DNA from: Calonectris borealis | Taxonomy: Eukaryota | Assembly (NCBI RefSeq): GCF_964195595.1 | Contig: NW_027441456.1 | Coordinates: forward strand, 680,127 to 744,126 | Reading direction: 5' to 3' | Length of the DNA stretch: 64,000 nucleotides | Shown here: piece by piece, positions 59,340 to 64,000 of the stretch | Layout of the letters: every line of letters starts with the position of its first letter | Position numbering within the stretch: the stretch's first letter is position 1 | The notes under the pieces: model-generated | Database searches by the model: none | Seen by the model: the letters and a program-made list of their open reading frames with translations, nothing else | Told to the model about the DNA's origin: nothing | Position numbers and translations under genes: made by a program

Positions 59340-60485
59340 CAGGCCTCCCTTCTCAGAGGCTGAAGGAGGAAACTACCCAGGAAACTACAGATCTGTTAGT
59401 CTAACCTCAGCACCTGAAAAAATTATAGAGGAGATCACACTGGGTGCTACTGAAAGGCATTTAAAGAACAATGCAATCATCAGGCACAGAAACACGGGTT
59501 CACAAAGGGAAAGTCCTGTTTAACTAATTTGATATCTTTCTACAATAAGATCACCTGCCTAGTGGGGGAAGGGAAGGTGGTGGATATAGTTTTTCTGGAT
59601 TCTAGTAAGGCTTTTGATACTGTCCCTCACAGCATCCTTCTGGACAAGTTGTCCAACTGTGAGATGAGCAGCTTCACGGTGCGCTGGGTGAAGAACTGGC
59701 TGAACGGCAGGACTCAAAGGGTGCTGGCGAATGAGGCTACATCTGGCTGGCAACCAGTCACCAGCCCTGTTCCTCAGGGCTCAATCCTAGGGCCAGTTCT
59801 ATTCAATGTTTTTATCAACAATCTGGATGCAGGAGTTGAATGCGCCATTAGCAAGCTTGCTGACCATACTACACGGGGAGGTGCTTTTGACAAGAGGGAC
59901 AAGAGGACACAGTAGAACCAGTCAGTCAAAAGAGGTGATTAACCCACTGTATTCAGTGTTGGTGTGGCCTCACCTTGAGTACTGTGTGCAGTTCTGGCCC
60001 CCACCATTTAAAAAGGATGCTAAGGTCCTTGAATGTGTCCAGAGAAGGGCAACAAAGCTGGTGAAAGGGCTGGAAGGAATGTCCTATGAGGAGCGGCTAA
60101 GGACTCTGGGTTTGTCTAGTTTGGAGACCAGGAGGCTGAGGGGTGACCTCATTGCTCTCTACAGCTTCCTGAGGAGGGGATGTGGAGAGGGAGGTGCTGA
60201 TCTCTTCTCCCTGGAATCCAGCGCTAGGATGCATGAGAGTGTCTCAAAGCTGCACCAGGGGAGGTTCAGACTGGACATGAGGAAGCATTTCTTTACTGAG
60301 AGGGTGGTCAAACCCTGGCACAGGCTTCCTAGAGAGGTGGTTGATGCCCCATGCCTGTCAGTGTTTAAGAGGCGTTTGGACAATGCCCTTCTTAATAACA
60401 TGCTTTAACTCTTGGTCAGCCCTGAAGTGGTCAGGCAGTTGGACCAGATGATTGTTGTAGATCCCTTCCAACTGAACTATTCTGT
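59340..60485 (+). mobile_element. CR1 LINE ORF2 RT fragment ending in an expanded (TTCTA)n tail
   Basis: '..GNYRSVSLTSAPEKIIEE..', '..VDIVFLDSSKAFDTVPHSILLDKL..', and '..[44 protein letters not shown]..'. The 3'UTR reads 'ggttggaccagatgattgttgtagatcccttccaactgaactattct'. Confidence 0.85.
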
Positions 60486-60560
60486 TCCGTTCCGTTCCAT
60501 TCTATTCTATTCTATTCTATTCTATTCTATTCTATTCTATTCTATTCTATTCTATTCTAT
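60485..60560. repeat. (TTCTA)n microsatellite (~12 units) derived from the CR1 3' tail repeat
   Basis: 'ttccgttccgttccattctattctattctattct...'. Confidence 0.9.
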
Positions 60561-60699
60561 TTACCCCTCCATGCCTTTAGGTGAAGGGAGGCCACAGGGC
60601 AGCACTCAGGTGGTGGGTGAAGCGAGGAAGAGGAAGAGGAGGAGAGAGGTGAGGCGGACACTTCCCACAGGAAACCAGAAGAGCCTTTCTGCCCAGGCG

Positions 60700-61100
60700 C
60701 TGCAGGTGTTGACCTTGAGCCAGTGGGAATAAAGAGGGAAATCTCACCTGCTAAAACTGGTGGGCTCCTTGCTTACTGCTGTTCATAAGGAGCCCTCCTG
60801 CGTCCAGCTCATACCAGACAGCTAAGTTTCTCCCTTGCAGTGCTCTCAACTTCTTCCATCAACCTTTCCAAGAAAGGTTCTCAGCAAATTACAAGCTTGC
60901 TCTTTCTGTTTTGGGATAAGGGTGCCCTCCTGTGCGGTAATATGGAACAATGAATGTGTTTGACATCCCTTAATTCTCTATGGAATAACATATTGAGGAA
61001 CTGAGGCAACAACTTCCATAAAGTTGTCCCTGATTATTCTTTATTTTGAGTGAAACTGCAAAAGAAAATAATTACAAGAGAGAGTCTAATGTTGCTTAGG
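60700..61100 (+). repeat. Diverged (~75%) paralog of unit coordinates ~9600-10060
   Basis: 'gcttgctctttctgttttgggataagggtgccctcctgtgcggtaatatggaacaatgaatgtgtttgac..gaggaactgaggcaacaacttccataaagttgtcc' aligns with 'gcttgctcttcctgttatgggtaagggtgccttcacgtggagtaacagggaacaacgattgtgtttaac..gaggaagaggcaacaatttctatacaattttggc'. Confidence 0.65.
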
Positions 61101-61149
61101 CAGTGATATTTAGGAAAAAAAAACAACCCCACACCTCTTAAAAGATAGG

Positions 61150-63075
61150 TTATATCACAAAATCACAGAATCATGGAATAGTTGAGGTTGGAAAAGACGT
61201 CTGGAGGTCACCTAGTTCAACTCCCTGCTTAAGCAGGGCCACCTACAGCCAGTTGCCCAGGACTGTGTCCAGGCGGCTTTTGACTGTCTCCAAGGATGGA
61301 GACTCCACCACCTCCCTGGGCAACTTGTGCCAGTGCTTGGTCACTCTCATCTAGTGGAAGATGTTCCTGATGTTCAGAGGGAACCTCCTGTCTCTCAGCT
61401 TGTGCCCATTGCCTCTGGTCTTGTCACTGGGCACCACTGAGAAGAGCTTGGCTCCGACTTCTCCGCACCCTCCCTTCAGATATTTATATATAGTGATGAG
61501 ATTCCCCTGAGCCTTCTCTTCTCCAGGTTCAACAGTCCCAGCTCTCTCAGCCTTTCCTCATAGGAGAGATGCTCCAATCCCTTCATCAGCTTCGTGGCCC
61601 TTCATTGGACTCTCCAGTATGTCCATGAGAGCCCAGCACCAGACACAACACCCATGCTGAATAGAGGGGAAGGATCACCTCCCCCACCTACTGGCAACAC
61701 TCCTAATGCAGCCCAGGACACCATTCACCACCTTTGCCACAAGGGCACACTGCTGGCTCATGGTCAACTTGGTGTCCATCAGGACCCCCGGGTCCTTTTC
61801 TGCTGAGCTGCTTTCCAGCTGTTCAGCCCCCAGCATATCTTGGTGCCTGGGGTTGTCCCTCCAGGGGCGGGACTTTGCACTTCCCCTTGTTGATCTTCAT
61901 GAGATTCCTGGCAGCCCATTTCTCCAGCCTGTTGAGGTCTCTCGGGATGGCAGCTTGACTCTCCAACATATCAGCCACTCCTCCCAGTTTGGTGTCCTCT
62001 GCAAACTTGCTGAGGGTACACTCTGCCCCATCAATCAGATCATTGATGAAGATGTTAAACAGCACAGTATTGATCCCTGGGGTACACTACTCGTTAGTGG
62101 CTTCCAACTACACTTTGTGCTACTGATCACCACATTCTGGGCCCAGTTCTTCAGCCAGTTTTCAATCCACCTCACTGTTGGCTCCTCTAGATCAGACTTC
62201 ATCAGCTTCTCTATGAGGATCTTATGGGAGACATTGCCAAAGGCCTTCCTGAAGTCCAGGTAGACAATACCCACTGCTCTCCCCTCATCTACCAGGCCAG
62301 TCATTTCATCAGAGACATTTATCAAGTTGATCAAGTCTGAATTCCCCTTGGTGGAGCTATGTTGACTACTTCTGATGATTTTCTTGTCCTTCATGTGCCT
62401 AGAAATCCTTTCCAGGATTAGCTGCTTCATTGCTGGGTCCTCCTTGACCTTCTTGAAGGTAGGAGTAACATTTGCTTCTCTCCAGCCTTTGGGCACTTCT
62501 CCCAGTTGCCGTGGTCAATCAAAGATTATCAAGCGTGGCCTCACAATGACATCAGCCAGTTCCCTCAGCCCTCATGGGTGCATCCCTTCTGGGCCCATGG
62601 ACTTACGTATGTCCCATTTGCTTAAGTATTCCCTGGCCTGATCCTCTTCCACCAAGGGTATGTCTGCCTTGCTCCAGACTTTCCCCCTGCTGTCTGGGGC
62701 CTGGGACTCCTGAAGGCCAGTCTTGCCTGCTGAGGCAAAGAAGGCATTCAGTGCCTCAGCCTTTTCCATGCCCTGTGTAACCAAGTCCTCTGCCTCATTC
62801 AGCAGTGGGCGGACACTTTCCCTAGCTTCCCTTTTGTCAGCCTTTGTACTTAGAGCAGTACATCCTTTTTGCACTTATAGAAGCCCTTTTTGGTGTCTTT
62901 GACATCCCTGGTCAGATTCAATCAGATTCAGCTTTCCTAACCTCATCCCTAGATGCTCAGACAACATCTCTGTATTCCTCCCAGGTTACCCGTCTTTGCT
63001 TTCACTGTCTGCTTCCTTTTTGTGTCTGAGTTTGGCCAGGAGCTCCTCTTCCTTCATGCAGGCCTCCTGGCATTA
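61150..63075 (-). mobile_element. CR1 LINE (~1.9 kb, ORF2 RT through 3' end), minus strand, different subfamily from the array CR1s
   Basis: - The 3' end reads 'acaaaatcacagaatcatggaatagttgaggttggaaaagac'.
- Minus-strand ORFs include '..KAFGNVSHKILIEKL..', '..[29 protein letters not shown]..' and '..EKAEALNAFFASA..IRKSMGPEGMHP'. Confidence 0.85.
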
Positions 63076-63189
63076 ACGTTTTATTTTCTTCCTCCCTCAC
63101 TTCCCCCTTCCAGATCATCCTCATACCTGTGATGGATGCACTTGACCCCTTAACCAAACGAGCGGTACTTTGGCACAGGCTCCAAAGGA

Positions 63190-63531
63190 GATAAATGTTG
63201 GAGAAAATTAGCCAGACTAGGCCGCGGTGGGAAAATTCTGAGTCATGCTGAGAAGGGAGAAAAGAAAGTTATGCTGACCTTGCTCTGTGCAGATAAGCAA
63301 CTTTGAGAAAGTACAGTATAAGGAAAACAGGATGGAACCCGGACCACGTAGCAGTAACCGAAAGTAGGAGGAATATGATAATGTAATTTTTAGAGCTAAG
63401 CCAATGATTGTGAGACAAGTGTGCATAAGGTAGAACTTAGTGTATAAATATGTGTAGGGTTTTACAATAAAGTTGAAGCTGGCCTTATCACTCACATTGA
63501 GTCGACTGCCTGCCTTCCCTCGCTCGTCGCA
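63190..63531 (+). mobile_element. 5' LTR (approximate start) of a third ERV lineage (ERV-C)
   Basis: TATA 'tgtataaatatg' at ~63443, 'caataaagttgaagctgg' at ~63466, and the LTR ends '..cgctcgtcgca' just before the PBS. Confidence 0.5.
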
Positions 63532-63533
63532 AG

Positions 63534-63551
63534 TGGCGCCCGAACAGGGAC
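63534..63551 (+). other. Primer-binding site, tRNA-Lys3 type (exact TGGCGCCCGAACAGGGAC)
   Basis: 'tggcgcccgaacagggac' lies 2 nt after the LTR terminal CA. Confidence 0.75.
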
Positions 63552-63762
63552 CCCCCATCCCTGTTTTCCACCGGACAGCGAGATCGGAGAAGCACTGGTA
63601 GCAGCGACCAGGGAGCAGAAGATCAGTAGACGCTGTCGCGGCGTGCCTGATCCGTGCTTGAACCCAGGATAATAAAGAAGGGGTTCGCCGTCCGATAGAA
63701 GGCTACCCGTGGGAAAAGGCTGCAAACGACCGGATAATTAAGAGGGTCAGGAGAAGCGCGCA

Positions 63763-64000
63763 ATGGAAGTAGAGGTAGCCTTCGATATTTTAAAACGCTT
63801 TTTAGAAGAGCGGGGAGTAAGCCAATTAAAAGACCTGGCTGGTTTAATTGCGTTAGGGAAAACGAAAGGGTTTTTTAAAAACCCTGAAAGTATGTTTGAA
63901 GTAGACGAGTGGCGTTCTTATGGAGATTGTTTGTGGGATCTAGTAATTGATGATGATAAATCAGCAAGAAAATTAATGAAATCTTGGAGAGAAGTTATTA
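63763..64000 (+). CDS. gag: ERV-C gag N-terminus (matrix-like), ORF runs off the window end
   Basis: An ATG ~210 nt after the PBS opens 'MEVEVAFDILKRFLEERGVSQLKDLAGLIALGKTKGFFKNPESMFEVDEWRSYGDCLWDLVIDDDKSARKLMKSWREVI' with no stop. Confidence 0.55.
   Translation, partial: MEVEVAFDILKRFLEERGVSQLKDLAGLIALGKTKGFFKNPESMFEVDEWRSYGDCLWDLVIDDDKSARKLMKSWREVI

Noticed and set aside
10938-63075. Whether CR1(-) at 10938 in the unit and CR1(-) at 61150 in the flank are the same ancestral insertion (extending the old paralogy)
   Set aside because: Their 3' regions belong to clearly different CR1 subfamilies and do not align beyond generic CR1 similarity, and the spacing does not match.
1-64000. Possibility that this is a prokaryotic/phage accessory region with a novel defence system
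   Set aside because: There is no operon-like gene packing. The content is retroviral gag-pro-pol with LTRs, CR1 LINE tails, GT-AG introns with polypyrimidine tracts and an AATAAA signal. The composition and repeats are typical of a bird genome.

Overview
This window is vertebrate nuclear DNA, almost certainly avian: it contains many CR1 LINE fragments ending in the chicken-type (ATTCTRTG)n tail, several LTR/ERV families, and a GT-AG intron-containing gene. It is not a prokaryotic locus, and there are no operons, CRISPR arrays or tRNA genes.

The dominant structure is a head-to-tail tandem segmental duplication of a ~21.9-kb unit. The window holds one partial unit at the left edge and two full units; the array continues beyond the left window edge and ends inside the window on the right. 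Gag begins at 52, 21910 and 43809, giving periods of 21,858 and 21,899 bp. Copies are ~98% identical.

Each unit carries:
- An env-less ~6.5-kb endogenous retrovirus, called ERV-A here. It has a tRNA-Lys1,2-type primer-binding site (PBS) and gag-TAG-pro-TAG-pol in a single reading frame.
- A compact four-exon candidate gene that begins with a clean signal peptide and predicts a ~69-aa product with dibasic and tetrabasic sites. It has a TATA-like box and an AATAAA signal, and I could not match it to a known family. It is the only non-transposon gene candidate, and it is present in three near-identical copies.
- A nest of other transposons: CR1 fragments; a related LTR family (LTR-B) present as an inverted pair; a pro-RT-RNaseH remnant of a second ERV with an inverted RNaseH piece from a different ERV; and a coding-like minisatellite.

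High identity ends near 52405, homology is lost at 52684, and the right flank then holds ~75-85% identical patches homologous to unit coordinates ~8628-10060, riddled with CR1 and solo-LTR insertions. I read this as an older paralogy layer.

The window ends in a third ERV lineage with a tRNA-Lys3-type PBS and the start of gag. All ERV reading frames are decayed to different degrees in different copies.
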